DNA of 64,000 nt from Chloroflexota bacterium (GCA_027623195.1 JAQBUT010000007.1:33757-97756), one strand, 5' to 3'; positions 1 through 10,401 are shown, counted from the first letter of the stretch. A program made the numbers and translations. Notes: a model not told the origin generated them from the sequence alone.

Positions 1-1
1 C

Positions 2-403
2 ACTCTGCGAGTCAGATGGGGCGAGTGCGACGCCCAGGGAATCGTATTCAACGCCCAATACCTGAACTACATTGAGGTGGCTCATGCCGAGTACTACCGC
101 AATCTGGGTGTGCTGTTGTACGACGAGGAGTCACGGAAACGCTTCGATGTGGCGACAGTCAACGTAACGCTGAATTACATAGCTCCAGCCAAGGTAGACG
201 ACCTGTTGGACATCTACATGCGAGTGATGGAAATAGGCAACAGCAGCATAAAGGTATCGGTAGAGATGCATCGGCAGACACCGGAGGAACCGCTAACCAC
301 TGGGGAGGTTGTGTACGTGGCCTATGATTCCGACCAGGAGAAGTCTCGACCTGTCCCGGACGGCGTGCGTGAGTTAATTATCGGCTTCGAGGGAATTGGC
401 TAG
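2..403 (+). CDS. acyl-CoA thioesterase, YbgC/FadM hotdog family (5' end outside window)
   Basis: Frame open from base 2: TLRVRWGECDAQGIVFNAQYLNYIEVAHAEY, the 4HBT thioesterase DxxGxVxNxxY motif. Confidence 0.85.
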   Translation, partial: TLRVRWGECDAQGIVFNAQYLNYIEVAHAEYYRNLGVLLYDEESRKRFDVATVNVTLNYIAPAKVDDLLDIYMRVMEIGNSSIKVSVEMHRQTPEEPLTTGEVVYVAYDSDQEKSRPVPDGVRELIIGFEGIG

Positions 404-419
404 CCAAGAAAGGTCCAGT

Positions 420-674
420 CTAATTTCGGCCAATTGCCACTACTGCTTCCCGCTCTGCGGTGGTAATCAAAGGCTCGGTCGCTCCTGTAGGCAAGTGCTC
501 TTCCGCGCGCCAGGTCACCAGGGCAGCAGCGGTGAGAGCTATGGTCAGAAGAATTAGCATGCTCAGTATCATTTCATCGGCGAACGCCATGGAGGATACC
601 TGCAGTATCGCAGTCAGCCCGATGACTTTGAGCGCTAGTTTGACCATTGGGTGCCTCCACGCATAATGCGTCAT
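420..674 (-). CDS. small hypothetical membrane protein
   Basis: Two hydrophobic segments; start uncertain. Confidence 0.45.
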   Translation of the reverse strand: MTHYAWRHPMVKLALKVIGLTAILQVSSMAFADEMILSMLILLTIALTAAALVTWRAEEHLPTGATEPLITTAEREAVVAIGRN

Positions 675-778
675 GTTGGCACCCATTATACCCACCGTAC
701 AGGCATGCATCAAATAAGCGATGCCTTACTAATTCATAACCTGAGCCTAATTGTTTTTAGAAAAAGAAGTGGCAGGTG

Positions 779-1129
779 TTATTGACCCAGATCGACCTTG
801 GCTATGACGGCTGCGTTGGCCATGATCGTCCTGTCGCCTGAGCCTTCTCGGCCCTCGATTTCCAGCCCGCCCTGCACTACCTTGAGCACGCCTTTGCCAT
901 GAGGCAAAACGGACAAAACCGTCGCCTCGTCCACCTGGTCTGGCTGCGGAATACCAACGGTTACTTCCACCACCATGTTCTTGGCCGCATCTGGCCCAAG
1001 CTGACTAAGAAGCATAAGGCTGCTCTGATGGACTGCGTTCCATACGGCCCGCCTTGCCGCTTCCGTGTAGTTGTGTCCGTGAAGGTCGATTCCCATTCCC
1101 ATTTCCAAGACAACCGGCTGTAGAGCCAT
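779..1129 (-). CDS. Lin0512 family protein
   Basis: LEMGMGIDLHG..TEAARRAVWNA and final ANAAVI motifs. Confidence 0.8.
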   Translation of the reverse strand: MALQPVVLEMGMGIDLHGHNYTEAARRAVWNAVHQSSLMLLSQLGPDAAKNMVVEVTVGIPQPDQVDEATVLSVLPHGKGVLKVVQGGLEIEGREGSGDRTIMANAAVIAKVDLGQ

Positions 1130-1247
1130 AATTCTTCCCTCCAATATTAGCTAGGGTGTGATGTCGGTGAGATAGTATGGCATATCGCTGTGTCGAGAGC
1201 CATGGGAGGCTGACTCCGCCTTGAATGCAAAAGAATCCAAAAGTTTC

Positions 1248-1276
1248 TTGAGCAGTTGGTGCGGACTTGCTAGAAT
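1248..1276 (+). promoter_or_regulatory. sigma70-type promoter of tRNA-Gly
   Basis: TTGAGC-17 bp-TAGAAT with TG extension, 22 nt before the tRNA. Confidence 0.6.
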
Positions 1277-1298
1277 GCGGTTACACAACCTCCACCGA

Positions 1299-1373
1299 GC
1301 GGGAGTAACTCAGTGGTAGAGTTCTTGCTTCCCAAGCAAGCTGTCGCGGGTTCGAATCCCGTCTCCCGCTCCA
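1299..1373 (+). tRNA. tRNA-Gly(CCC)
   Basis: GCGGGAG/CTCCCGC acceptor stem, CTTGC-TTCCCAA-GCAAG anticodon arm, GGTTCGAATCC T loop, encoded CCA. Confidence 0.97.
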
Positions 1374-1478
1374 AAAGCCATTCCCAAATGAAAACGCCCC
1401 GTGACGCTTACCATACTCGGCCTACATCACAGGGCTTCTCGCTGAATCCATTACCAGAGGCAACTTTTGGCCGGGTCA

Positions 1479-1760
1479 CTAGTCTTCGTCGGTGCGTACA
1501 ATCTCGACCTTGATGTTAACCAGAAGGGCAGCCAGAGCCCCCAGCGCGGCCAGCACCGGCGAAAGTAATGTCAGGGCTGTGCCTACCGCCACACTCGCCG
1601 TCAGGGGTATTTCTAGCAGGGTCTTGTCGTCCTGGTTCTTGATGATAAGCCGGCGGACATTGCCCTCTTCCACCAGGCCTTTCACCCGGTCGACTAGTTC
1701 TCCTCCGGCAATCTCTATCGTCTCTGTCCACGTACGTTCCGTCTTGGTTTCCTGTGTCAT
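1479..1760 (-). CDS. DUF4342 domain protein
   Basis: ELVDRVKGLVEEGNVRRLIIK...LLEIPLT...LAALGALAAL signature; GAGGAG RBS. Confidence 0.85.
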   Translation of the reverse strand: MTQETKTERTWTETIEIAGGELVDRVKGLVEEGNVRRLIIKNQDDKTLLEIPLTASVAVGTALTLLSPVLAALGALAALLVNIKVEIVRTDED

Positions 1761-1887
1761 ATCACTCCTCCTCATTTAATGGCCATTTCCCCACCCATAA
1801 CCTATCCAAATAGGCGTGAGGAATGCATGAGAAGTTGTCCTAGGAGATACAGGACTTCAGCCGAAGACGCCCACGACCGAATCTATT

Positions 1888-1963
1888 AGGGGAGCCACTC
1901 GGTGGTAGAATTCCTGCTTCGTGGCGCAAGCTGTCGCGGGTTCGAGTCCCTTCGCCCGCTCCA
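1888..1963 (+). pseudogene. degenerate full-length copy of tRNA-Gly (pseudo-tRNA)
   Basis: Colinear with 1299-1373; GCAAGCTGTCGCGGGTTCGA and CCCGCTCCA kept, anticodon loop changed to TTCGTGGC, acceptor stem mismatched. Confidence 0.8.
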
Positions 1964-2102
1964 GTGCTTCGTCCACCCACTTGGCATTTTCTGCCCTCCA
2001 ACGCGCACACCGTTTCGCAACCAGGGTCTTGGGGTTATTTTAATAATAGGTAGCCGAACTTCTTGGTTGGGCTAAACTATTGAGTTCGTCTGGAGTAGGG
2101 AC

Positions 2103-2273
2103 GTGACCGATTCCAAGGTTCAAAAAAGTGGTTCTCTGAGAACAATCATGCTGGTGCTAGGGCTTCTTCTGCTGGCGTCGACGGTGGCCTATATGCAGGT
2201 TTCCGAACACCGAGCGCCTCGCCCGGCTTTTGCGGACCAGCACTCCCCCGACCGCGTTATCGCCTCGCAATGA
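2103..2273 (+). CDS. short signal-peptide-bearing ORF (56 aa), possible remnant of a secreted protein gene
   Basis: GGAG RBS, GTG start, hydrophobic IMLVLGLLLLASTVAY then PAFA; below ORF-track cutoff. Confidence 0.35.
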   Translation: MTDSKVQKSGSLRTIMLVLGLLLLASTVAYMQVSEHRAPRPAFADQHSPDRVIASQ

Positions 2274-2660
2274 GCCAAACGAGACTTTGCAGCGCCGGGT
2301 CATTGGCACCGGAGCGGCAACCTGGGAGATTCCACCAAATAGGGACTAGCCTTGCATTACGCTTATTATTGGCCCCGCCATCAACGCGGGGCCAATTTTC
2401 GTACGATTGGCATTTGGTAGGCAAAAGGGAAAGACTTTTGTAATTTGATCGGATGGGAACGTTAATGAAAGGCAATTGCGTCACTACCATGTCCGTTCAC
2501 AAGAACTTATCATGTGACATGACTCCTAATGGATATTGAGCGGACTATCAGACTGAGACTGGCCAAGGACAAACTGGCATCGCATCCGTACCCAGACAGG
2601 ATTTTGCGGTATCATTAAGATTGTCTGGTACGGTAAGTCTTAACTGTGGCGCGAAGATAA

Positions 2661-3954
2661 ATGCTTGACCGTATGCCCAAAATTCTAACGCTCCTGGTAA
2701 CTGCGGCGGTGATTTCCGTCGCAGGCGTACTAGTAACGAGCCAAATCTCCTGGGCAACGCAGAGGGACACCCCTTCTCAGCAAAAGGCTGGCGGAGCATC
2801 CGGAAGCCCCGCGTCCTTTCACGCGCTGCCGGCAAACAAGGTTTACTGGGCCGACGCGGGGTTTTCAGTCGATGGCGCGGCCAGTGTTATGCGAGCCGAT
2901 TTTACCGGGACGCCAGTGGAGAACGGGGCATCTATCGAGGCAGTTGTCACCGATCGCAAATCCGTCAATGGCGTTGCCGTAGACCCGGCGGGAGGCCGAA
3001 TTTACTGGTCTGACAACTTCGGTCCTTTCAGGTCAGATCTAAACGGAACGACCATTGAGGATCTCCTCCCCCCCCTTCCCGGACGTAGCCTCGGCCAGCA
3101 TTTTCGCCGACCTCAAAAACGGTAAGGTATACTGGGCATCGCCAGCGCAACGCAAAGTCCAAAGGGCCAACCTGGACGGCACCAACCCTGAGGACGATTA
3201 CGCCCTCTTTTTCCCCTTTGCTGCAGGAGTCGCCGTGGACCCGATCGGTCAACGTGTCTACTGGGCGAGCAACGGAGACACTCCAGGAGACCTTACAGAC
3301 GGGAAGATCCTGCGTTCGATAAACCTCGGGATACCGGGTCCCCGACTGAACCGGGGAGGCGAACCCGATGGAAACTATGAAATCATCGTGACATCCGTCG
3401 CTTCGTCCACGCCAACAAGTCTCAGTGATCCTGCAGGCCTTGCCCTGGATCTTTCCGCCGGCAAAGTCTACTGGGCAGACCTCACGGGTGGGAAAATACA
3501 GAGGGCTAATCTGGATGGCACCAACGCAGAGGACATTCTGACTGGACTATCGTTGCCGTACGGCATAGCCCTGGACCCAATCAACGGCCACATGTACTGG
3601 ACGGAGCGAATCATAGCACCAAGGATCGTGCGCGCAGACCTGGATGGAAGCAACCAGCAGGTCATTCTGGCAGGTCTAAACGACCCCTGGGGCCTAACCA
3701 TGGACGTGGACCGTTGCCCTGCCTTGACTAGCGTCACGCCGCTGGATAACGACGCTGACTGGCGATGTGAGGATATCAATGCCAACGGGAGACAGGACTT
3801 CCAGGACGTGGTAGCGCTATTTCAGGACCTATCGGCTGCAGGCGATCCTGCCAAGCAGTTCTACTTCGACTTCAACAGCAATAATGGCGTGGACTTCAAT
3901 GACGTTGTAACGCTGTTCCAGGACCTGGCTACACTGGTGGGGGTGCTGCCCTAA
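2661..3954 (+). pseudogene. secreted YWTD/LDL-receptor class B beta-propeller protein with C-terminal dockerin-like domain; frameshift at C8 run 3068-3075
   Basis: Signal peptide; repeated KVYWAD/RIYWSD/HMYWTE and RANLDG units across both ORFs; removing one C joins them (LLPPFPDVA); C-terminal DINANGRQDFQDVV and DFNSNNGVDFNDVV. Confidence 0.8.
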
Positions 3955-4690
3955 CGCGATCCAGCCCTGAGGCTTCGGGGCGAACCCAGATCTGCGTGGC
4001 GATGTCGTAGCTAAACACCACGGGCTTGCCGTCGCATCGCAGGCTGACCACCCTACGGGGATAGTCTACCTCTTCAACAATAGCTACCTGGCCTGGTATC
4101 AGCTTGTTGAACACGAAATACTCCAGCAGCGCCTGGTCATCCTCAGGCACCCTATCAATGGTCACCTTCTGCCCAGGTGAGGCGTGATCAAGGGTCTTCA
4201 CACTCTTGTCCGGCTTGTAACCGCTGCCTGGTATGGGGTGTCCAAATGGACAGGTCGAAGGGTTGCCTAATTTCTCCCTGATCTTCTCTTCCAGCTCAGG
4301 CGATATGGCGTGTTCCAGCCTATGTGCTTCCTCGTGCGCGTTTTCCAGTTCCATGCCCAGCAGGTCGACGACCAGCCTCTCGGCGAGGCGGTGCCTCCGA
4401 ACGATACTCTCGGCGTAGGGCTTCCCTTTAGATGTCAGCACCACATCCTTAGCGGAGGTAGTCTCAACCAAACCCTCACGAGCCATTCGACGAATCATGC
4501 CCCCAACAGTTGGCAAGGATGTCCCCAACCCCTCAGCCTGGGGCAACATCTTCAGATGCTCCGCCAACTGGGTAAGCGTTACCCGGACATTCTGTTCGTT
4601 CAGGCGCAAAATCGACAGGAGGTAGTTTTCCATGGCCATGGATAGCCTGGACTCCGCCGCGTCGTGACTGTGGATTCTTGTTCCTGCCAT
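3929..4690 (-). CDS. DtxR/MntR family metal-dependent transcriptional regulator with FeoA-like C-terminus
   Basis: ENYLLSI, RRHRLAERL, HEEAHRLEHA, CPFGHPIP motifs. Confidence 0.93.
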   Translation of the reverse strand: MAGTRIHSHDAAESRLSMAMENYLLSILRLNEQNVRVTLTQLAEHLKMLPQAEGLGTSLPTVGGMIRRMAREGLVETTSAKDVVLTSKGKPYAESIVRRHRLAERLVVDLLGMELENAHEEAHRLEHAISPELEEKIREKLGNPSTCPFGHPIPGSGYKPDKSVKTLDHASPGQKVTIDRVPEDDQALLEYFVFNKLIPGQVAIVEEVDYPRRVVSLRCDGKPVVFSYDIATQIWVRPEASGLDRVRAAPPPV

Positions 4691-4773
4691 TTTTTATTCT
4701 CAGCGAAATGATATTTTGCATTAGCAGGCGACCCCAACCAGGGGTGCTTACCGCCTATTGTAGCTTATAGTAT

Positions 4774-5835
4774 TCAGTCGTCTCCGTCGGCGCGGAAGGC
4801 CCTCATAGGCGAATTGCTGGCAGGGATGAGGGTCACCCTGTCGCCAGGCGCTAACTTGGACTGGAATGGCTGTCTACAGTTCAACTTGGCTCCGGAGGGC
4901 ATCCTAACCACCAGCATGTTCTCGCCCCCACGGAAGTCCCTGGCCTCGATAACGGATGCGCCCATAGGGTCCTTGATGACTCGGAAATCGTCCGGCTGCA
5001 CCATCAGGCTAACGTCGCTACCCTCCTCGATGGCTCCTGCGCCGCTGGAGAACGGCAGGTCTCCGATCTCCGTAACCACAAAACCATTGGTAGCCTTGCC
5101 CTTCAGAAAGTCGCATGTGCGGCAAAACCTTGCGACGAAGGCGCTAACCGGCGTGCGGTAAATGTTGTCCGGAGTATCGATCTGCTCCAGCCTGCCATTG
5201 CGCATTATGCCAACCCGGTCTGCCATGGCGAAGGCCTCGTCGCGGTCGTGGGTAACAAACACCGTCGCGATGTTACTGCTGCGGACAATCCGCTCCACCT
5301 CGCCGCGCATCTCCCGTCGCATGCCCGTGTCGAGGTTGCTGAAGGGCTCGTCCAACAGCGCTACCACGGGCCTTGGAGCGAGCGTCCGGGCCAGGGCCAC
5401 GCGCTGCTGCTGTCCGCCCGAGAGTTCGTGAGGATACCTCCCCTCCAGGCCGACAAGCTGCACCAGGTCCATAACCTCCACCAGCCTACGCTCACGTTCC
5501 GGCTTCGGCATGCCCTTCAAACCAAAAGAGACGTTCTGGGCGACGGTCATGTGCGGAAAAAGGGCGTATTCCTGAAATACCATCCCTACGTTTCTGCGGT
5601 CGGGAGCCAGGTGGTTGCTTTTGGAAGACGCCACTTTGCCACTGATGTAGACCTCGCCGCCGTCTACGTCATCAAAACCGGCTATCAGTCTAAGCAGAGA
5701 CGTCTTGCCGCATCCGCTGGGTCCTAATATGGAGAGAATCTCCCCCGGCATCAACTCGAAGCCTACGTCGTCCACGGCGAGTACCCCTCCGTGGCGTTTC
5801 GTGACCCCCGAGCAACGCACAATTGCCTCGTTCAC
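4774..5835 (-). CDS. fbpC: Fe3+ ABC transporter ATP-binding protein
   Basis: GPSGCGKTS, LSGGQQQR, LLDEP; operon context. Confidence 0.88.
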   Translation of the reverse strand: MNEAIVRCSGVTKRHGGVLAVDDVGFELMPGEILSILGPSGCGKTSLLRLIAGFDDVDGGEVYISGKVASSKSNHLAPDRRNVGMVFQEYALFPHMTVAQNVSFGLKGMPKPERERRLVEVMDLVQLVGLEGRYPHELSGGQQQRVALARTLAPRPVVALLDEPFSNLDTGMRREMRGEVERIVRSSNIATVFVTHDRDEAFAMADRVGIMRNGRLEQIDTPDNIYRTPVSAFVARFCRTCDFLKGKATNGFVVTEIGDLPFSSGAGAIEEGSDVSLMVQPDDFRVIKDPMGASVIEARDFRGGENMLVVRMPSGAKLNCRQPFQSKLAPGDRVTLIPASNSPMRAFRADGDD

Positions 5836-7463
5836 GCCCTAAGACCCCTCTCCCGAATTATAAGGAAACCCATTGGCAACGATGATATCAGAATCAGCAG
5901 AAGCGCCGGCGCAGCTGCCCGAGCGAAGAAGGCCTCAGACGAGGCAGACCAAACAGAGGTTGCCAGCGTCTTGAAGCCCAAAGGCCCCAGGATTAGCGTA
6001 GCCGGCAGCTCCTTCATCGTCAGGAGGAAAACCATGGCGGCGCCCATGATTAGCCCGGAACGCATCAGAGGAATCGTAATCCTTATTAGGACCCCAATCT
6101 GGCCGTAACCCAGGCCTCTGGCGGCGTCTTCTAAACGAGGATTAATCTGCAGGAGCGAAGACCGGACAGACCCCAGCGCTACAGGAAAGAACAGGACGGC
6201 GTATGCGAAGACCAGCAGAACAGTCGTCTGATAAACAGGCCCGGCATAGCGCGCACCAAAGAATACCAACGCCAACGCCACAACCACTCCCGGAAGAGCG
6301 TAGCCGACGTAGCTGACAGGCTCCATAAGCCTGTTCAAAAAAGAGGGGTATCGCACTACCAGAGCGGCCACAGGCATGGCAAGCAAAACCGTTGCCAGCG
6401 CGGCCGACACCGAGACCATGACAGAGTTCTGCGTAGCCTGCCACAGTAGTAGCAACGGCTCACCTGCGGCCACACCGCGCACCAGCCAGTAGACCAGCAC
6501 CGCTGTGGGTAATACCAGCGCCAGGGTCGCTATCAAGCCCAGAAAAAGGATGGCGGGCCACTTCCAGGCTCCTAGTCTGTGAACACGGTGGTCTCTGGAC
6601 GACCCCGACCCGCTACGAAAGTACCTTTGCCGTCCCCTGGAATAGGTCTCCATGAGAAGCACAACTACGGCCATGGCCACCAGCAGCAGAGAGAAAAGCG
6701 CCGCCAGCGACCGGTCCAGGGCGGACTCGTACTGCTGGAATATTACCCAGGTGAATGTGGGAAAGCGCATTAGCGATACGGCGCCAAAGTCGCTGAGGGT
6801 GTACAGCCCAACCAGAAGTGAACCCGCCGCTATGGAGGGACGAAGCTGGGGTAGCGTGACCCGCCGGAAGGTACTGAACGCGCTGTGTCCCAGGCCCCTG
6901 GCCGCCTCTTCCGCAGAGGAATCCAAGTTGGATATGGCGCCCCTTATAGTCAGAAAGAGGTATGGGTAGCTCAGCAGTCCCAGGATAAACGTAGCGCCAA
7001 CAAGCCCGCGAATGTCGGGAAGACGCTCCAGGCCAAACAACGCGCCCAATGCCTGCTGCATCAGGCCTGTAGGACCCATGAACGATATGAAGAGAAAGGC
7101 TCCGACGAAACTGGGAATCACCAGCGGCAGAGCCGCAAGCATAGTCCACATTCCTCTGAAGGGCAGGTCTGTGCGAGAAGTCAGCCAGGCCATGGGCACG
7201 GCGATCAGAGCCGACATGGAAGTCACGGTTGCGATGAGCAGCGCCGTTCTACCCAGAATCATCGCCGTCCGCATTCGGAACAGAACGTCCCAGGCCTCCT
7301 CCCCTGCGTCGGCGCTGCGAATCAGAAGGTATGCCACCGGCACAAGCATTGCCAGGGCTACCAGCGATGCAGGCGCCAGAATCGTTACAGGCGGCAACCG
7401 CAGCCCGGCGCCCGCGGAGGTGCGGCCTGAATTGAAAACGCCTATGGGGTTCAATGTAGCCAA
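5832..7463 (-). CDS. fbpB: Fe3+ ABC transporter permease
   Basis: Duplicated permease with two EAA loops (EEAARGLG, EDAARGLG), DFGAV and KELPAT motifs. Confidence 0.9.
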   Translation of the reverse strand: MATLNPIGVFNSGRTSAGAGLRLPPVTILAPASLVALAMLVPVAYLLIRSADAGEEAWDVLFRMRTAMILGRTALLIATVTSMSALIAVPMAWLTSRTDLPFRGMWTMLAALPLVIPSFVGAFLFISFMGPTGLMQQALGALFGLERLPDIRGLVGATFILGLLSYPYLFLTIRGAISNLDSSAEEAARGLGHSAFSTFRRVTLPQLRPSIAAGSLLVGLYTLSDFGAVSLMRFPTFTWVIFQQYESALDRSLAALFSLLLVAMAVVVLLMETYSRGRQRYFRSGSGSSRDHRVHRLGAWKWPAILFLGLIATLALVLPTAVLVYWLVRGVAAGEPLLLLWQATQNSVMVSVSAALATVLLAMPVAALVVRYPSFLNRLMEPVSYVGYALPGVVVALALVFFGARYAGPVYQTTVLLVFAYAVLFFPVALGSVRSSLLQINPRLEDAARGLGYGQIGVLIRITIPLMRSGLIMGAAMVFLLTMKELPATLILGPLGFKTLATSVWSASSEAFFARAAAPALLLILISSLPMGFLIIRERGLRA

Positions 7464-7501
7464 ATCGGCCCTGTTATTTATATGATTACAATCTTAGAAG
7501 G

Positions 7502-8659
7502 CTAGTTCAGAATACCCAGATCTCTGAGCAGCGCTTGAGTGCCCTGTAAATCGTCCAAATCCGCCATATCTATGTCGGGCTTGTTAACATCTTCTAACGG
7601 CGTCAGGAGCCTGTGGGTTGCCACGCCTTCGATTACCGGATACTCGAAGGTCTCGTTGGCGAAGTACTGCTGCGCATCCCGCGAGAGCATGTACTTTATG
7701 AAGCCCTCGGCAGCGCTCCTATTGGCCGCCGTATCCAGGATGCCAACGCCCGCCACCATTACCAGGCTGTCAGGCCCTCCTGCGGTTGGATAATAGTTTC
7801 GCGCCCCGAAGGTCTCGCCGCTTTCACTTATAAACCTGTACAAGTAGTAATGGTTAACCAGCCCTGCATCCACTTCTCCCGACTCCGTGGCCGCCACGAT
7901 AGAAGTATTGTTGGGGTACTCCTTGGTTTCATTGGCCTGCATCCCCTTCAGCCAGGAGGTGGTCCTCTCCTCGCCCCATATCACCCGCATGGCCGTCACC
8001 ATTGCCTGGAACGATCCGTTAGTAGGCGCCCACCCCACGCGGCCCTTCCACTCCTCGGAGGTGAACTTCTCTATGGATGCAGGCAGGTCTGACCTGGTTA
8101 GCTCGTCGGTGTTGTACACCACAACCCGCGCCCTGCCGGATATTCCAACCCATCTACCCTGAGGCGATTCGGCCCAGCTAGGCGCCAGTTCCAGAATATC
8201 CTCGGGGAGCTCCGCAAACATCCCGGCCTTATCGATAACGCCCAAACCACCAGGGTCCTGTGCAAAGAAGATATCTGCCGGCGAATTGTCACCTTCTTCC
8301 AGTAGCGTAGCCGCTATCTCAGAGGTGCTGCCGTACTTCACAGCCACTTCTATGCCGATGGCCGCCTCGAACCGCTCAATAATGGGACCAACTAGGGATT
8401 CGCTCCGACCGGAGTAGACTACTATTCTGTCGGAAGAGCCATCCGATTTGCTGATTTCATCACTCACCGGTCCAGGGTCGCTAATAGCGGGGCCTGGGTC
8501 GCTGGTGACTGGGCCGGGAGCGCCGCCTTTCTCATTAGGAGACCCGCCGCACGCAAAGCCCAATATGCCAACCAACGTAACCACAGTCACCGCTAAAACC
8601 AAATGCTTCAGCCTAATTCTCCCCTTCCGGTTTCCCCAATTATGGTGCACAAGCGCCAA
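7502..8659 (-). CDS. fbpA: Fe3+ ABC transporter substrate-binding lipoprotein (FbpA/FutA type); start uncertain
   Basis: Lipobox GFAC, VYSGR, SPADIF, iron-ligand NHYY. Confidence 0.9.
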   Translation of the reverse strand: MALVHHNWGNRKGRIRLKHLVLAVTVVTLVGILGFACGGSPNEKGGAPGPVTSDPGPAISDPGPVSDEISKSDGSSDRIVVYSGRSESLVGPIIERFEAAIGIEVAVKYGSTSEIAATLLEEGDNSPADIFFAQDPGGLGVIDKAGMFAELPEDILELAPSWAESPQGRWVGISGRARVVVYNTDELTRSDLPASIEKFTSEEWKGRVGWAPTNGSFQAMVTAMRVIWGEERTTSWLKGMQANETKEYPNNTSIVAATESGEVDAGLVNHYYLYRFISESGETFGARNYYPTAGGPDSLVMVAGVGILDTAANRSAAEGFIKYMLSRDAQQYFANETFEYPVIEGVATHRLLTPLEDVNKPDIDMADLDDLQGTQALLRDLGILN

Positions 8660-8687
8660 TATCAGATGATGTTATGTTGCTGCACTA

Positions 8688-8716
8688 AATATAATACTAA
8701 GTATGTACTAAGTCAA
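8688..8716 (-). promoter_or_regulatory. sigma70-type promoter of iron ABC operon overlapped by ACTAA repeats
   Basis: Minus strand TTGACT-17 bp-TATATT. Confidence 0.7.
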
Positions 8717-8992
8717 CTTATGCGTCAGTACTAATTTATAAAGGTGTTATGACTTAATAACACCTCTCAATATGAACGTTTGACATGTATGAGTATGGCT
8801 TGGATTATCGGACTTGTCCAAGGTCGTATCGGGAGTTCCGCCCATATGAATTGACAGGCCAGAACTCGGCAAACTTGACTGTTTGTGCGACAGTCGGTAG
8901 ACTCGTGTCTGCCCGGTGGCTTCCACTTGCGGCCCGATTGGAAAGTAGATAGCTCCGCCCCAATGTATTTGTCCAGAAATGGCAGGTCTATC

Positions 8993-10401
8993 GTGAAAAA
9001 TTCGACCATCTCTATAGCCGTTATATTGGTTACTTTACTACTCATTTTCTCCGTCTCTCGAGTCGAGGGAACTTCATTAAATTCCGTTATAGATTTCGAG
9101 TCGTTGCCAGATGGCGCATTTGTTTCCGAGGTCGCTTCGGGCCATGGCCTAAACGGGAAGAAGTGACGGGTTCCATTTCGATTAGCGCGGTTAATCCTGC
9201 CAGGCAGGGCCGTAACGCAGCTATGATTTTCAACGCGGACTGCCCCGGCAAGTGCACCGGAAACGAAAAAACCTTGAAATCCGGCGAGACTGGCAAGGCA
9301 TTGATAGCATCAGCGGACTTCGACTCCAACGATCCCGACAGTGCGGACCTGACTAGCCTGGTCTTCGACTTCGACTTTTCTAAATGGGGCTCTGGCGAGG
9401 TAGCCGTGAGAAGTTTCGATCTCATCAACGGCTCAGGTGTCTTCAAATACGCCAGCAACTCCCCCTCCACCCTGGTTCTGTACACCGGCGGAGAGAACGG
9501 CAACATCGTCGCATCCATCGACGTTCCTCTGGATAACCTGCCTGGCCTAGAGAACCTTTCCGTGGGCGTCGCCGGCGTGGATTTCATGCGGCTAACCATT
9601 GACGGACCGGCAGCGCTAGACAACATAGATGTCATACCCACATGTTCCGGCAGAGCCGCCACGCTAATCGGCACCGACGAAGCCGATGTGCTGAATGGAA
9701 CACCGGGGCCAGATGTAATCATCGGCCTGGGCGGTAATGACACCATTCGAGGCTTCGGAGGAAACGATGTAATCTGCGGGGGGGACGGCAGCGACCGCAT
9801 ATACGGCGACGACGGAAATGACATTATCTTGGGCCAAGGCCTCAACGACAACATCTTCGGTGGCAAGGGCAACGACGCTATCGACGGCGGCGACGGCAAA
9901 GACACCATAGCTGGCGAGGCAGGCAACGATACGCTGTCCGGTGGCCCAGACGACGACACCATTCGGGGCGGCGACCACAACGACATAATTAAGGGCGAAG
10001 ACGGCCAGGACAGCCTTTACGGTGGCGCTGGCAATGACTCCATTCGCGGTGGTTCCGGCAACGACGACCTGCGAGGAGAGGGAGGTGCCGACTCCTTTTG
10101 GGGAGGCGAAGGCTCTGATCGACTTTTCGGAAGTACCGGCGCGGACAGGATGTTCGGGGAAGGTGGGCCAGACGTCCTGATCGGAGGCAGTGGCGACGAT
10201 CGCATCAGTGGCGGCGATGGCAACGATCTCCTCATGGGCGGCGACGGAAATGACGATCTCGAGGGCGATCGCGGCAATGACAGCCTGAAGGGCGACCGAG
10301 GCGACGACGTTCTCAAAGGCGGACCCGATGACGACGTCGTGGACGGCGGATCAGGATACGACAGATGTAGCAGAGGTCCAGACTTCAGAGGTTGCGAGTA
10401 A
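8993..10401 (+). pseudogene. secreted Ca-binding RTX/hemolysin-type repeat protein; frameshift near 9160
   Basis: Signal peptide and [10 protein letters not shown] in one frame, continuing as [12 protein letters not shown] in the -1 frame; long GGxGxD nonapeptide array. Confidence 0.75.
9670..10370 (+). repeat. coding GGxGxDxLx nonapeptide repeat array
   Basis: About 25 tandem units, e.g. [27 protein letters not shown]. Confidence 0.9.

Noticed and set aside
1313..1513. ORFs overlapping tRNA genes (also 55261-55509)
   Set aside because: Spurious frames across tRNA sequence
2050..2080. DtxR/IdeR-like box CTTGGTTGGGCTAAACTAT
   Set aside because: Only a partial consensus match and equally explained as one arm of a hairpin with TAGCCGAAC
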